DNA of 34,688 nucleotides from a virus (taxonomy: Duplodnaviria; Caudoviricetes). Under the pieces are notes generated by a model. That model was not told the origin of the DNA. It made no database searches and saw nothing but the letters and a program-made list of their open reading frames with translations. The translations under genes and the position numbers were made by a program. Below, one piece after another: positions 15,427 through 25,673 of the stretch. Within the stretch, counting starts at the first letter, position 1. The number at the start of each line of letters is the position of its first letter. The stretch lies in IMG/VR virus record IMGVR_UViG_3300033485_000052, positions 1 through 34,688 of that record; one strand, given 5' to 3'.

Positions 15427-16230
15427 TTATAATGACTCTAAATGACCTTGTGCTTTCAATCTAAAATCAACCAGCCCACTTATGTTATCTTGGATTAATA
15501 TTTCCATATAATCTCCTAGCGAAGCTTCAAGTTTTATAGTAACCCCTATTTCAGAAAATGACCCTGAGCCAATAGTGCCATAAGCACCACCTCCGCCAGA
15601 CCTAGTAACAAAAGATAGATTTGCAAAATCTAAATATATATCTGAATTATTTTGCCATACATCAAACGTGTTAAATGTTCCATCCGCTCCATTATATTTA
15701 CGTAGAACGCATCCGTTAGTAAGTGATGTAATATTGCCAAATAAACCCATATCCCCAGCAGTAGCATGTATCATGCTTAACATAATTCTTTCTATATGCC
15801 ATACTAGTCCATCACTAGGTACTACTTTATAACTTATCGGTGCCGCCATTGTGCCTATTGTTGGGGCCATATTAATATTAACTTTTTCAAATATTGAACC
15901 AATAGCTCTAGGATTACCGAGCGGTCTATTAATATATATTACATTTCCAATAATATTAATTATCTTTGTATAGGTTATATCTGCTGAAGCATGGCCTCCT
16001 ATTTGAATATCATTACCTATTGCAAAACCTACTGCCGATACAACTGTAACTGATGTTGCTCCTATTATTGAGGCTACTGATAATGTTGTTGATACCCCTG
16101 TATGCGTATGAAAATAATCATTAATAGGATAAAAATGTACCCCTGCGTTATGGACGTTTAGCGCACCATTAAGAGAACCTATTGGAACATTATTTGCATC
16201 GAGTAGTTTAACCCCACGTAATTCACTCAT
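15427..16230 (-). CDS. Beta-rich virion/tail accessory protein
   Basis: 267-aa ORF in the tail module; Gly/Ile/Ser-rich. Confidence 0.6.
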   Translation of the reverse strand: MSELRGVKLLDANNVPIGSLNGALNVHNAGVHFYPINDYFHTHTGVSTTLSVASIIGATSVTVVSAVGFAIGNDIQIGGHASADITYTKIINIIGNVIYINRPLGNPRAIGSIFEKVNINMAPTIGTMAAPISYKVVPSDGLVWHIERIMLSMIHATAGDMGLFGNITSLTNGCVLRKYNGADGTFNTFDVWQNNSDIYLDFANLSFVTRSGGGGAYGTIGSGSFSEIGVTIKLEASLGDYMEILIQDNISGLVDFRLKAQGHLESL

Positions 16231-16239
16231 TATTTACCC

Positions 16240-16773
16240 CTAATTTGCAAGTTGCCAATTTGTACCATCCGAAATAAAGTTTAAAACCTCATTTTCATAG
16301 AGTAATGTTTGAGAAATAGAACCACATATTAAATCTGACCCACTTCTAGTTATAGTTACACTATTTGCAGATATGTCTTTTTTTGTAATTCCGATAATAA
16401 ATGATGTAGCGGTATTAGCTAATGGTAATGTAATTGTAATAGCTCCTGACGTTGCGTCAGCTATGATTGAGTAATTACCTACCAATGCAGTATAGTTTGT
16501 CGTTATAGTGACTATACGCTGTGCTAGTTCATATATTTTTTGGTCTAAAATAGTATCGGCATTGAATAAGTCAGTAGCTACATTTATATAATGTGCTAAT
16601 GTTGAAACTATATAAGTACCATCAGAAGAGTTTAGCCCAGCAGACTCAATAATATTAGTTACAAGTTGCTCAATTGAGCTACTACTACCAAATAGTTTTT
16701 CAAATTGAACTATTGATTCATGATCTGGGAGAAACTTTTTAAGTTGCTCTCTGCTAGGTACTTTTAAGGACAT
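16240..16773 (-). CDS. Tail needle-position protein with a T4 gp9/gp10-like C-terminal beta domain
   Basis: Follows the gp10-like gene; TITLP...VTI...SDGTNW motif. Confidence 0.6.
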   Translation of the reverse strand: MSLKVPSREQLKKFLPDHESIVQFEKLFGSSSSIEQLVTNIIESAGLNSSDGTYIVSTLAHYINVATDLFNADTILDQKIYELAQRIVTITTNYTALVGNYSIIADATSGAITITLPLANTATSFIIGITKKDISANSVTITRSGSDLICGSISQTLLYENEVLNFISDGTNWQLAN

Positions 16774-18173
16774 TATACGCTCAACGGCTCAATACGAGCC
16801 TCTAATCTTGCAATAGATAAATGTGCTTCACTTGTTCCCCTAAAGCGTTGCATACGGATATTGGACATACTGCCTTGACCAAACCATACTATGCGCTTAT
16901 TTCTATCGCCTTGCTGCCCTATTGTAATAAACTTTTCATTGCTCCATACCATCCCATCGGTAGAATATTGGGTACATATTGTTGGGTTCTTTCCTAAATC
17001 TACCCTACCTGTAAGGCTAACTAATTCCAGCTCATGGAATATTGCCCCTCTGCTTTCGTTGTAGATAATAGACGTTCCAAATTCCCATCCATTTACGTTC
17101 CCATAATGGGATGATATAGTATCATCAAAATATCCATGTGATGTGCTTGTAGGGTCTCCGCATAGCCATTTATCGTAACACCAAATAATGTTCTTAGCTC
17201 TAAATTGACCCTTGCCAACTATGCTAGTTGTCAAAGTAAACCATATTTTCTGCCCTACTTCAATAGATGTATTATGGTCATACGCTAAGGTTTGATCTGG
17301 CAACTGCACTAAAAGGTATTGGTTACCTTTATTCATTACAACTTCAAGAACAACATCTGCTAATTGTGCCTCTGTATATTCAAGTAATATGCTGTCAATC
17401 TCATCTGTTGCTATTCTCGTTGCTGTTGCATTAGCACCGATATAAATAGATGGGGTTTCATTTCTAGCACTTCCAAGAAAAGCTATCATATCTGATATTA
17501 TACAAGCCCCTCTAGTTCCCATAATCCCTTTTTGTATTTGTGCGCCACTAATACGAGCGAATGGAAAGTTAGCCCCGCCTACGTTATCAAATACCTCGAT
17601 TGTGTATCTATTAAGGGCGTAAACTTCATTGCGTACTTTTATAAGGCCTTTTACTGGGTCTGGGTCTGCCTCTGAGCTACCATATTTTAATGGGTTAATG
17701 CTCATAGGGTCGTTAAGCTCTGTTACGACTAGATTAGTCCCATCGGTAGACATAAAATATCCATCTACCCATACAATATCAACACAAGTTCCAAGGTCTG
17801 GGTCTGTTACTATCTCAAATACTGTTCCATTCCAATAATATAATCTGCCGCCAGAGCAAATAGCTAAACGGTCAAAAGAGTAATCAAGCGTTACATCTCC
17901 ACCAGCTCCAACGTCCCCTATCTCAGTATAAACTCCGCTACTGTCAATGCTTAGTAATTTAGTGCCCATCACCCGATAGCATACGCCATTCCAATTAATA
18001 GCACCTCTATCAATGCCAGTGCCAACACCAAACTCAACGATACCATAAGCAGGGCGTAGATACCCCTTAGATATGCCTTGATCTTTCGGAATAGGGATAA
18101 GGTTACGTGGGTATGATGTTCTAAAATCGGGAGAGTTATCTGAATAAATCCCAGACAAGATAGGTATTTGCAT
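16773..18173 (-). CDS. Packaged DNA stabilisation / tail hub protein, P22 gp10-like
   Basis: DRGAINWNGVCYRVMGTKL; YGSSEADPDPV; size and synteny. Confidence 0.85.
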   Translation of the reverse strand: MQIPILSGIYSDNSPDFRTSYPRNLIPIPKDQGISKGYLRPAYGIVEFGVGTGIDRGAINWNGVCYRVMGTKLLSIDSSGVYTEIGDVGAGGDVTLDYSFDRLAICSGGRLYYWNGTVFEIVTDPDLGTCVDIVWVDGYFMSTDGTNLVVTELNDPMSINPLKYGSSEADPDPVKGLIKVRNEVYALNRYTIEVFDNVGGANFPFARISGAQIQKGIMGTRGACIISDMIAFLGSARNETPSIYIGANATATRIATDEIDSILLEYTEAQLADVVLEVVMNKGNQYLLVQLPDQTLAYDHNTSIEVGQKIWFTLTTSIVGKGQFRAKNIIWCYDKWLCGDPTSTSHGYFDDTISSHYGNVNGWEFGTSIIYNESRGAIFHELELVSLTGRVDLGKNPTICTQYSTDGMVWSNEKFITIGQQGDRNKRIVWFGQGSMSNIRMQRFRGTSEAHLSIARLEARIEPLSV

Positions 18174-18190
18174 TTACTAACCTTTATATT

Positions 18191-18643
18191 TTAGGAAATT
18201 CTATACCATATAGACATTACAGCATCAAACTTGATTGTAAAATATCCATTTTGAGCTAATGCGGATGGGATACCTAGTGATGTTGCCCCATTTGTATTAA
18301 CAGTAAGTGCTGTTACAGCTTGTGTAGTAAATACGGTAATTTCTTGCTTATCAACAATACTTGCAAGGGCAGGAAGAATGATTGTTCCGTTTGCGAATAC
18401 TGCCGTTGGAGATAAGATAAGCCATACACTTCTATTGCTATCGGTTACTTGCACACTAAATGCAGTTACTGTTGGAGAATAGTATTGTGTAATCTTTTCA
18501 CTTGATGTTACCGTAGGCACTAATAGACCTTGCAGTGTAGTAAGTGATATTTTACGTGAGTCGCCATTATTAGTAGACCAAATAGGGATTAAATCGCTAA
18601 GTGATGGGGCCGTGTCTGTACTTAGTTGCTGGATTGTAGACAT
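18191..18643 (-). CDS. Virion structural protein (between gp4-like and gp10-like genes)
   Basis: 150-aa beta-rich ORF; synteny. Confidence 0.65.
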   Translation of the reverse strand: MSTIQQLSTDTAPSLSDLIPIWSTNNGDSRKISLTTLQGLLVPTVTSSEKITQYYSPTVTAFSVQVTDSNRSVWLILSPTAVFANGTIILPALASIVDKQEITVFTTQAVTALTVNTNGATSLGIPSALAQNGYFTIKFDAVMSIWYRIS

Positions 18644-18653
18644 TTTTTATCCT

Positions 18654-19124
18654 TTAATATAGTGTTAATTCCCCATCTTGACCAACAATAATCGGGTCAG
18701 TTGATGGGCTTAAGTATGGACTATCTGGTGTTTTGTATCCTGCCCCTGCTGGGATACTATTATTAAACTGCGCTTGTAATGGCATTGTAGCTATGGAAAG
18801 CAAACTCTGATAAGCTTGATATGCGTTTTGTTTAGTTTCCATAGATACAGTCTTGCCTCTAGACGCAGCAATGCGAATAGCTAAATTAAGATATATGGCT
18901 TCATTTGCTGAATCTGGCACGGTTGTTTCATCGTCTAGGTTCGATAGTTCTGGACTTGATGGCAATGGATAGCTAAGGCGTAGCTTTGAGCTCCATGTAG
19001 CCATCATAGCATCTAATTTGAGTAATGCAGAATCTAATTGTTCTGGCTGTAAATCATACGTATATGAGGCCAACCCTAACTCTTCAAATGCTGATAATAC
19101 AAACTGTCGCTTAGTCCAAGACAT
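18654..19124 (-). CDS. Head-to-tail adaptor, P22 gp4-like
   Basis: TKRQFVLSAFEELG...LDAMMATW...NLAIRIA...PAGAG motifs. Confidence 0.85.
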   Translation of the reverse strand: MSWTKRQFVLSAFEELGLASYTYDLQPEQLDSALLKLDAMMATWSSKLRLSYPLPSSPELSNLDDETTVPDSANEAIYLNLAIRIAASRGKTVSMETKQNAYQAYQSLLSIATMPLQAQFNNSIPAGAGYKTPDSPYLSPSTDPIIVGQDGELTLY

Positions 19125-19125
19125 G

Positions 19126-19419
19126 TTATTCCCCTAGTTTTTCATTGATTTTAGCTAAAAGGTTTTTATTGCTCATTCTGCCATCAAACTTAATCTCAAG
19201 CTCTTTTGCTTTATGCTCTAGCTCTTCTCGTGTTACTTCTCCATCATCATCGGAGTCCACTTTTTTAGCATCGGTTGTTGTGAGATACCAGCCCTCTTTT
19301 AATTTGTCTGATATTTCTTTCTCATCGACAATAGTGTAGTCATAAGTTGAGCCTTCAATCTCGATATGTTTACCAAGCTTATAAAGCATTGTTGGAGTTT
19401 CCATAGTTACTTCATTCAT
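19126..19419 (-). CDS. Head-region protein with C-terminal HeH/Rho_N-like motif
   Basis: PTMLYK...GWY...TREELEHKAKELEIKFDGRMSNKNL. Confidence 0.7.
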   Translation of the reverse strand: MNEVTMETPTMLYKLGKHIEIEGSTYDYTIVDEKEISDKLKEGWYLTTTDAKKVDSDDDGEVTREELEHKAKELEIKFDGRMSNKNLLAKINEKLGE

Positions 19420-19559
19420 TTTTTCTTAGCCTTTTCTTTTGCTTTTTTTGCAACACTCATAGCAATTGCAACCGCTTGTTTTTGTGGTTTACCTGATGCT
19501 ATTTCAGCTTTTATATTCTTGCTTACTGTTTTAGGGCTGTACCCTTTTTTAAGTGGCAT
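19416..19559 (-). CDS. 47-aa basic protein MPLKKGYSPKTVSKNIKAEIASGKPQKQAVAIAMSVAKKAKEKAKKK
   Basis: Coupled on both sides; PLKKG...NI..E...G.P.KQAVAIA is a recurrent small phage head-region pattern. Confidence 0.8.
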   Translation of the reverse strand: MPLKKGYSPKTVSKNIKAEIASGKPQKQAVAIAMSVAKKAKEKAKKK

Positions 19560-19642
19560 TATTTACCCTTTTTCTTTTTTGGTTTCATAACTGCAATAAC
19601 AACTGCAACTTTTCCTTTTCCCTTACCATTTTTACATGCCAT
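19559..19642 (-). CDS. 27-aa basic micro-protein MACKNGKGKGKVAVVIAVMKPKKKKGK
   Basis: SD AAGGGG; TAATG coupling to the next ORF. Confidence 0.55.
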   Translation of the reverse strand: MACKNGKGKGKVAVVIAVMKPKKKKGK

Positions 19643-19669
19643 ATTATACCCCTTTTTTAGATGTAGTAA

Positions 19670-20029
19670 TTATTCTTGTTCCTGTTGATGTATTAGCCCA
19701 CTTCTTGAGTCTTTATTTTTCCATACAGACTTATAGTTTTTGCTAAACCATTCAGCCTCTTTTGGGTCATCAAATTTTATATAATCTCCCTTTTTCATTG
19801 CTCTTTCAAATGCCTTATCGCCATAATCTTTTAGCTGATTATTACTATATTGTACCGTAGGGAATACAACATATTTACCATCTGCCTCACCCCATGCCAT
19901 TTTATGAGTAGCATAATTATTTTTACCCAAATCTAGTTCAGGGTATGCTTCTGGGTTTAAAACCCTACGCACAAAATTTTTATCAGTATTACTTTGCAGT
20001 ATAGATAAAGCTTTTTCGTAATCATCCAT
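19670..20029 (-). CDS. Hypothetical protein
   Basis: 119-aa ORF with SD GGAG, downstream of a terminator-like hairpin. Confidence 0.7.
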   Translation of the reverse strand: MDDYEKALSILQSNTDKNFVRRVLNPEAYPELDLGKNNYATHKMAWGEADGKYVVFPTVQYSNNQLKDYGDKAFERAMKKGDYIKFDDPKEAEWFSKNYKSVWKNKDSRSGLIHQQEQE

Positions 20030-20078
20030 AGTATTAACTCCATTTTTTAATCACTGTTATGCACTTCAATAAATGCAC

Positions 20079-20105
20079 AAAAGTAACCAAGAGCCGAAGC
20101 CCTTG
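20079..20105 (-). terminator. Terminator-like hairpin after the coat/decoration genes
   Basis: CAAGGGC-UUCG-GCUCUUG followed by GUUACUUUU. Confidence 0.6.
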
Positions 20106-20110
20106 ATAAG

Positions 20111-20881
20111 TTATGCAATGTCGCCTACGTTAGTCCATAGGATAGTAACAGTACCAGTGAATGTGCCAGTTCCAGCCGTGTGAGTTGCATCGTCTGCAAC
20201 AACTAAGTTAAGATAAACATCTTTAGCAGTAGCAGTACCATTGAGTAATGCCATTGCTGCCGAAGTTGCCCCAACTGCTGCGACTGCTGCCGAAGCTGTG
20301 CCATTTGCAACGGATGCCATAATATCAGCTTCTGTTGATGTTAGTGTACTTCCAGTTGTAGCTGCTACCGTTCCAAGCGCAATGTTGCTTGTATATGCAG
20401 CAATGATAGTCCCAGTAGTTCCAAGAGTTAAATCTCCATCAACAACACAACCAACAACTGCGATTGCGCCCTCTGGTAGATCATAAATCTTACCAGCTCC
20501 ACCGTATTGAGCCACACCAGCATCATCAGCGATTGTAATTGGTGTTGCTGTAAGCGTAAGAACAGTTTTATTGATAACACCATCTGAATACTCAGAAACA
20601 GAAACGGTTGATCCGTTCTTAGTGCCTACATTTGTTAAAGTTCCGTAATTGTAATTCGCCTCTGACGCACCAGCATCAATACGGATTGGGGTATTTACAG
20701 AAAATGCGCTAGATACATATTGAACACCAGCAGTTGTTACGGCTAATACATTCCAAGAGCTAGGATGGTTTGGGTATCCTACTTGCTGATAAATTGTACA
20801 AGCAGTATCGCTTCTAACTTCTAAGCGGCCACCAGCATTAATAGTAAACTCTGCTCTTCCATTTGGATAGACTTTTGCCAT
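20111..20881 (-). CDS. Capsid decoration / minor head protein
   Basis: Immediately after the coat gene; Ala/Thr/Gly-rich with two apparent beta domains. Confidence 0.6.
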   Translation of the reverse strand: MAKVYPNGRAEFTINAGGRLEVRSDTACTIYQQVGYPNHPSSWNVLAVTTAGVQYVSSAFSVNTPIRIDAGASEANYNYGTLTNVGTKNGSTVSVSEYSDGVINKTVLTLTATPITIADDAGVAQYGGAGKIYDLPEGAIAVVGCVVDGDLTLGTTGTIIAAYTSNIALGTVAATTGSTLTSTEADIMASVANGTASAAVAAVGATSAAMALLNGTATAKDVYLNLVVADDATHTAGTGTFTGTVTILWTNVGDIA

Positions 20882-20904
20882 AATGATTCCTTTATTATTT
20901 TGTT

Positions 20905-20922
20905 ACTACTCCGAAGAGTAGT
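20905..20922 (-). other. cUUCGg tetraloop hairpin right after the coat stop (mRNA stabiliser; no U tract)
   Basis: ACUACUC-UUCG-GAGUAGU. Confidence 0.6.
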
Positions 20923-22191
20923 TTATGCTTGACCGAAGAGGATAATACCAGACATTTCAGGTTGCTTATTAACAACCCCAAACAATGTATCCCAACGATA
21001 CTTAGTTTTCATTGTGTTAATATCATAGAACTTCTGCATAACGATTTCAATACCATTATCGGTTGTAGCTCTCATTACCGCAGTACCGGCATCAGTTGGA
21101 ACAGCATAACGACCAGGAAGAATTTCCATAGAATCTTTCTGCCAAAATGGATTAACACTTGCGGTAGTTGTATTCAACCAAACAATAGCAGCTCCATTTG
21201 CAGGGGTGGCGGTAACGTTCTTGTATGCTAGTTCAGCATCTGTTGCACCTTGACCAGAAATAATTGGAGGGCTGATTGTAACAACACCAGTTCCACCTGC
21301 TCCACTTACGATAGCAGTAACACGGAAAGTTTTAAGTTGTCCAGTATCACCTTTGGTGATGTGGTGAACAGCATTAACCCCTGCGATTGTAAACGCATCT
21401 CCAACTTTTACAGTACCAGAAGTAACTGCGATAGAAAGGTTTTGGTAACGGTTATCTACATTTGATACTTCACCAGTTGTTGCAGTGCTTGTAGCTGCTG
21501 GAGTGTAATACTGATTTGCAGCAGCGATGGTAACAGTTGTTCCAAGTGCAGCGGTCAAGCTATTTGCATAGTCAAGCTTAAATGACTCAAAAGAAGCGAT
21601 CTGCCCAATATATGCTTTTTCATAAGCAGTCAAAGGCTTACCAGTCATTGTAGAACGGTTTGCTAAGTCTTTAGCCATACCATTATAGTCACGAGTTGAA
21701 AGCGCAAGGAAACGATCATAAGAGTTCACCCCTTGTTCATTCATAATTGCTTCGATTTGAGCAACATCATCAAAACCAACAGCAGCAGCAGTACGTTTAA
21801 CAACAAGAGTTCCTTGATTAGCAGCAACAGTCATAAGAGCAACGTTCACGTCACTAGCAAGTTTCTGTGCAGCAGCCATACCAAGACGACCCTCTTGCAA
21901 CATATCACGAAGCTCTTTAGCATCGAGTACAGCGGTTGAGTGCTTACTAAAACCAAGAGAAGCAGGAACAGACAATTGAACAGCATCATCAAAGTTAGAT
22001 GTAGCATCCATGCCATCATGTGATTGCGCAATGTAAGGCTGTGGTCGCCAAATTGTATCCCCTGAGCGCTCCATTGAAGTGCCATCTGTATTATACTTTG
22101 AAACATTATTTGAAAGCACTAGCGCATCATTGAATCCCTCTAAGACATTCTCAAATGCAACTCTTTCTTCTTTACTAAAAGCATTAGCCAT
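20923..22191 (-). CDS. Major capsid protein, P22 gp5 coat family
   Basis: MANAFSKEERVAFE...IWRPQPYIA...GDAFTIAGV..VHHITK...YRWDTLFGV..PEMSG. Confidence 0.92.
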   Translation of the reverse strand: MANAFSKEERVAFENVLEGFNDALVLSNNVSKYNTDGTSMERSGDTIWRPQPYIAQSHDGMDATSNFDDAVQLSVPASLGFSKHSTAVLDAKELRDMLQEGRLGMAAAQKLASDVNVALMTVAANQGTLVVKRTAAAVGFDDVAQIEAIMNEQGVNSYDRFLALSTRDYNGMAKDLANRSTMTGKPLTAYEKAYIGQIASFESFKLDYANSLTAALGTTVTIAAANQYYTPAATSTATTGEVSNVDNRYQNLSIAVTSGTVKVGDAFTIAGVNAVHHITKGDTGQLKTFRVTAIVSGAGGTGVVTISPPIISGQGATDAELAYKNVTATPANGAAIVWLNTTTASVNPFWQKDSMEILPGRYAVPTDAGTAVMRATTDNGIEIVMQKFYDINTMKTKYRWDTLFGVVNKQPEMSGIILFGQA

Positions 22192-22203
22192 AGTTTATCC
22201 TTT

Positions 22204-23088
22204 TTAATTAGATCGTTTTTGTTTTTTATAAGCGTGAATCTTAGTGTAATCACCAGTTTTCTCTGCCTCATTACGCAAACGCTCAAGTGTTGAGTCTACT
22301 GTTCCAGACATTTTAGCTGTTCCAGTGACCGCCTTCTCTGGTGGTGGTGGTGCTTTTCGGTTTGTCACTTTTAAAGTTCCTTCCAATTTAGCAACTGCAA
22401 ATGCAAATTTTACTGGATCAGTGATAGCTGCTAATTCTTTTGCTTTTTTAGGATTTTTACCCAACGCATAAACAACGATAGCAGGGTTATCAGTTCCTTG
22501 TAATACAATGCCTTGCTGTGTTTGTGATAATGTTTCGCTTACTACATCTTCAGCAAATTCATAGTCACGCACTTTTAATTCTGTTTTGGCTTTTTCATAA
22601 GATTGCAGCGTATTTTGCCATTGCTCTTGCTGCTTCTCTTGTTCGGCTTTCTGTATAGCAACAGTATCATCGACTTTTCGCTTGTTCTCATACCACTTTG
22701 ATAATTCAGACTCAAATACTTCCGCATCATAATCATAATCTTCTAAAGATGGTTTTTTACCAAGCTCAATAGGCTTAGAAACTGCCGATACTTCTCGTTG
22801 CTGTTTAAGCTCACGATTTTCACGTTGCACATCCCGAAAGTCTTTACGCAGTTTGCGTACCCATTCAGGGGCCTTAGACTGTTCTTCTTCTTGAGGCGGT
22901 GTTTCCCCATCGATACTAATAATAATTTCATCTTCTTCGGCTTCTTCTTCTGATTCATTTTCAGATTGCTCTGTAATCTCTTCTTCTGTTTCTACCTCTT
23001 CGATTTCGTCATCAATAATATCTTCTACTACCATTTCGTCTGCCAATGTATACTCCATTTCTGGGAAAGTGTCGTGATAATCACGCAA
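22204..23088 (-). CDS. Scaffolding protein (true start probably the TTG near 23046)
   Basis: Acidic N-terminus; APEWVRKLRK; DPVKFAFAVAKLE; C-terminal LERLR.EAEKTGDYTK..YK coat-binding helix; upstream TATAAT at 23094-23099. Confidence 0.85.
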   Translation of the reverse strand: MRDYHDTFPEMEYTLADEMVVEDIIDDEIEEVETEEEITEQSENESEEEAEEDEIIISIDGETPPQEEEQSKAPEWVRKLRKDFRDVQRENRELKQQREVSAVSKPIELGKKPSLEDYDYDAEVFESELSKWYENKRKVDDTVAIQKAEQEKQQEQWQNTLQSYEKAKTELKVRDYEFAEDVVSETLSQTQQGIVLQGTDNPAIVVYALGKNPKKAKELAAITDPVKFAFAVAKLEGTLKVTNRKAPPPPEKAVTGTAKMSGTVDSTLERLRNEAEKTGDYTKIHAYKKQKRSN

Positions 23089-23157
23089 CTAAAATTATAA
23101 CGTAGGTCAAAGAAGTGTATTTGACAAGATATATTTATTAATTTACAGCTTGATTAA

Positions 23158-23538
23158 TTATTTTATATTACCCATAAGCTTAATAATTTCTTCATATAAA
23201 TAAGCTGTAATATATGGCACTATTTCATCTGTTGGAACTACATTGTGTCCAACAAAGTCACAAAACATTAAGGCAGTATGTGTTGATTCGTGTACGATAG
23301 TAGATAACTTATCGTTAAAAATTCCTATGATAAAAATATCGTCAGTTTCTTTACTTTCTGCATCTTCAAGCGTTGAACGCATTACGCATCCACCTCCTCC
23401 GTATTCAGGAGCATGACCTCTCCATTCTATTACTTTATTAAAATCTTCACGGTTGAAAAATACTAAAACCTCACTATGAAATATATCTAATGCAATAGAG
23501 GAATTTTTGCAAAGATTGTTTATTTCTTTTTGGGTCAT
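23158..23538 (-). CDS. HExxH metallopeptidase-like protein
   Basis: TIVHESTHTA followed by DEIVPY; lies between portal and scaffold. Confidence 0.6.
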   Translation of the reverse strand: MTQKEINNLCKNSSIALDIFHSEVLVFFNREDFNKVIEWRGHAPEYGGGGCVMRSTLEDAESKETDDIFIIGIFNDKLSTIVHESTHTALMFCDFVGHNVVPTDEIVPYITAYLYEEIIKLMGNIK

Positions 23539-25673
23539 TGTGCTAAATTATTATTGATATTGTCTTGAGGGGCTACTTGTTGAGGCATATTACCAAAGAT
23601 ATTTTTTAGAGTTTCCATAGCTGCTAAAGCTTGTTCTCTTTCTGATTGGTCTATTCCAGAATATATCTCGATTGTCTTAGCTTGTGACTGTTCTGCATCG
23701 GCTAATATCTTAATGGTATTAGCATTTGCTTGTTTAGCTTTTGCATCTTCGTTATCAGCTGCTTTTCTAAAGTATTCCTCTTGAGCATTTGGAGGAGTAT
23801 TTTGAGCTTCTTGCATTAACTCTTGGGCTTCTGTTTCGGATGGCTTAACTACGCCCATTTTTATCAGCTTACGTCTAAAATAGTTTTGAACGTCTTTAAC
23901 TCCTTCGCCCTCTATATTCATCATTGACATAGCACTAAGCACCTGTTGCGTTTCAGGGTCTGTTGTTACTTGCATCATTCCAGTAAGTGCTGAAACGGTT
24001 GCTGCTTTCTTAGATGATGAAGATGGCCCAACGTCTACTGCTACGTCAAACCTAGCATTGCTTAGATCGTTTTCATAGACTACTTCACCATTTTCTCCCA
24101 TCATAGGCTTGATAAGTTCGGTAGATTCAGATTCCCCATTATCGTTAATCATTTTCATTTTACGCCCAGATTCAACCATTACATCTTTTGCCATTGACAA
24201 CCAAACTTCACCGCTTCTCTTCATAGCTTTAGCCATATTGGAAACATATATAAATGTTTGCATATCTAAACGCTGTTGAATCATCTCTACGGCTTTACCA
24301 CTAATATTAGATACTATTTGTTCTCCGCCTTGCTGATTTCCCAATATCTCTTTCATATCTTGTTCTGTAAGTTGTAGAAGTGCCGCCATAGCTGGAGGGA
24401 TATTTGGCGCACGAGTATAAGCTATTGGACCACTGGCTGTAATGTTACCATTCATGTCTGTAATTGGGTTGATTAATAGATATGGAAAGTTCTTAATATT
24501 ATCATCACTCCACATTTGAGTATGACCGCTAATTTGTTCAGGAGTAAGGATAGGCTTCTCTATGCTTGATAGTGCGCTAATCTCCCCAAGCTTAGACAGT
24601 TGCATATTCTTAATACGTTGAGCATCTTTAGCAAGTCTAACGTGCCCCATGCAACGCTCTATATTATCAACGAACCAACGCTTACCATAAACAGGGATAA
24701 TTGGTATTTTATTACCTGCAATATATCCGCAGTCTTCTAGTATCTTGCTACCAGATAGAATATACTTATGGCACTTTTTGCGTTTTACTTTGCGCTTACG
24801 TTCTAATTTTGTACCAATAGAAGCTAAATAGTCAATCAATGGAACTTCGTTAGATTCGTCTTTATCGTCTTCTAATTCATCTTTAGTATATTTTTCTTCT
24901 TTACCATCGAGTGACTTAAATATATAAAGTTCTTCCTCGACTGTTTCAATCACATAGTATTCAGCGATATAAATAATATCAGGAGAATACCAGTCAAATT
25001 GTCTTTGCTCCACTTGTTTACTTACTGACGACATATCCTCTTCATCGCCATATTCATGCTCAAAAGCTTCTTTAGTCATAGAGGAAAGGACATAACAATA
25101 TCTTGCATCTGATTTATCTTGACGTTTAGCATTTAGATCAAAGAATACAGAGGAGTCTGCGTCATAGATAGGTTCGATACAGATACGCTGATGGTCGTTA
25201 TCCTCGTCCTCATCGTCTTCATATACTGCTCTTAATCTCCACGCTCCAAAGCCACCGCCAACAGCTTCCTCAAACGCATTATCATAAGCTTCTTCGGCAT
25301 TGCTATCTTGCTCATCGGCTCTATAAAGTCCATCACAAACATCAGCAAGTTTATCATTTGCTGTTCCATCTTTACTAACAAAATCAACGGTAATACGATT
25401 GTTACGATATTCGTTAATAATTCTAATAATTGATAGGTGTATCTTATTCACTTCAAATTTTGGTTTGTTCTCAAATTGTTCTGCTAGTTCGCCTTCCCAC
25501 TGCGCCCCAGCAATAGAGTAAAATCTACGATCTGTTAAACACTGCAATCTCTCTTCTCTCAATGCAGTTTGTATATCATCAAATGCAGTTATAGCTTCGT
25601 AGTGAATCTCAGATAATGATTCGTCTAATTCGTCTAATTCTTCTTTGCTTTCTTCTATCTCTTTATCTTTCAC
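23535..25673 (-). CDS. Portal protein, P22 gp1-like
   Basis: DRRFYSIAGAQW, EAVGGGFGAWR, IPIIPVYG.R...G.VRLAKDAQR; 712 aa. Confidence 0.92.
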   Translation of the reverse strand: MKDKEIEESKEELDELDESLSEIHYEAITAFDDIQTALREERLQCLTDRRFYSIAGAQWEGELAEQFENKPKFEVNKIHLSIIRIINEYRNNRITVDFVSKDGTANDKLADVCDGLYRADEQDSNAEEAYDNAFEEAVGGGFGAWRLRAVYEDDEDEDNDHQRICIEPIYDADSSVFFDLNAKRQDKSDARYCYVLSSMTKEAFEHEYGDEEDMSSVSKQVEQRQFDWYSPDIIYIAEYYVIETVEEELYIFKSLDGKEEKYTKDELEDDKDESNEVPLIDYLASIGTKLERKRKVKRKKCHKYILSGSKILEDCGYIAGNKIPIIPVYGKRWFVDNIERCMGHVRLAKDAQRIKNMQLSKLGEISALSSIEKPILTPEQISGHTQMWSDDNIKNFPYLLINPITDMNGNITASGPIAYTRAPNIPPAMAALLQLTEQDMKEILGNQQGGEQIVSNISGKAVEMIQQRLDMQTFIYVSNMAKAMKRSGEVWLSMAKDVMVESGRKMKMINDNGESESTELIKPMMGENGEVVYENDLSNARFDVAVDVGPSSSSKKAATVSALTGMMQVTTDPETQQVLSAMSMMNIEGEGVKDVQNYFRRKLIKMGVVKPSETEAQELMQEAQNTPPNAQEEYFRKAADNEDAKAKQANANTIKILADAEQSQAKTIEIYSGIDQSEREQALAAMETLKNIFGNMPQQVAPQDNINNNLAQ

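Noticed and set aside
9998-21939. Numerous plus-strand ORFs antisense to structural genes (e.g. 12064-12588, 9998-10393, 20929-21231)
   Set aside because: They are shadows of Ala/Thr-rich minus-strand genes, mostly with non-ATG starts, no RBS and no recognisable motifs.
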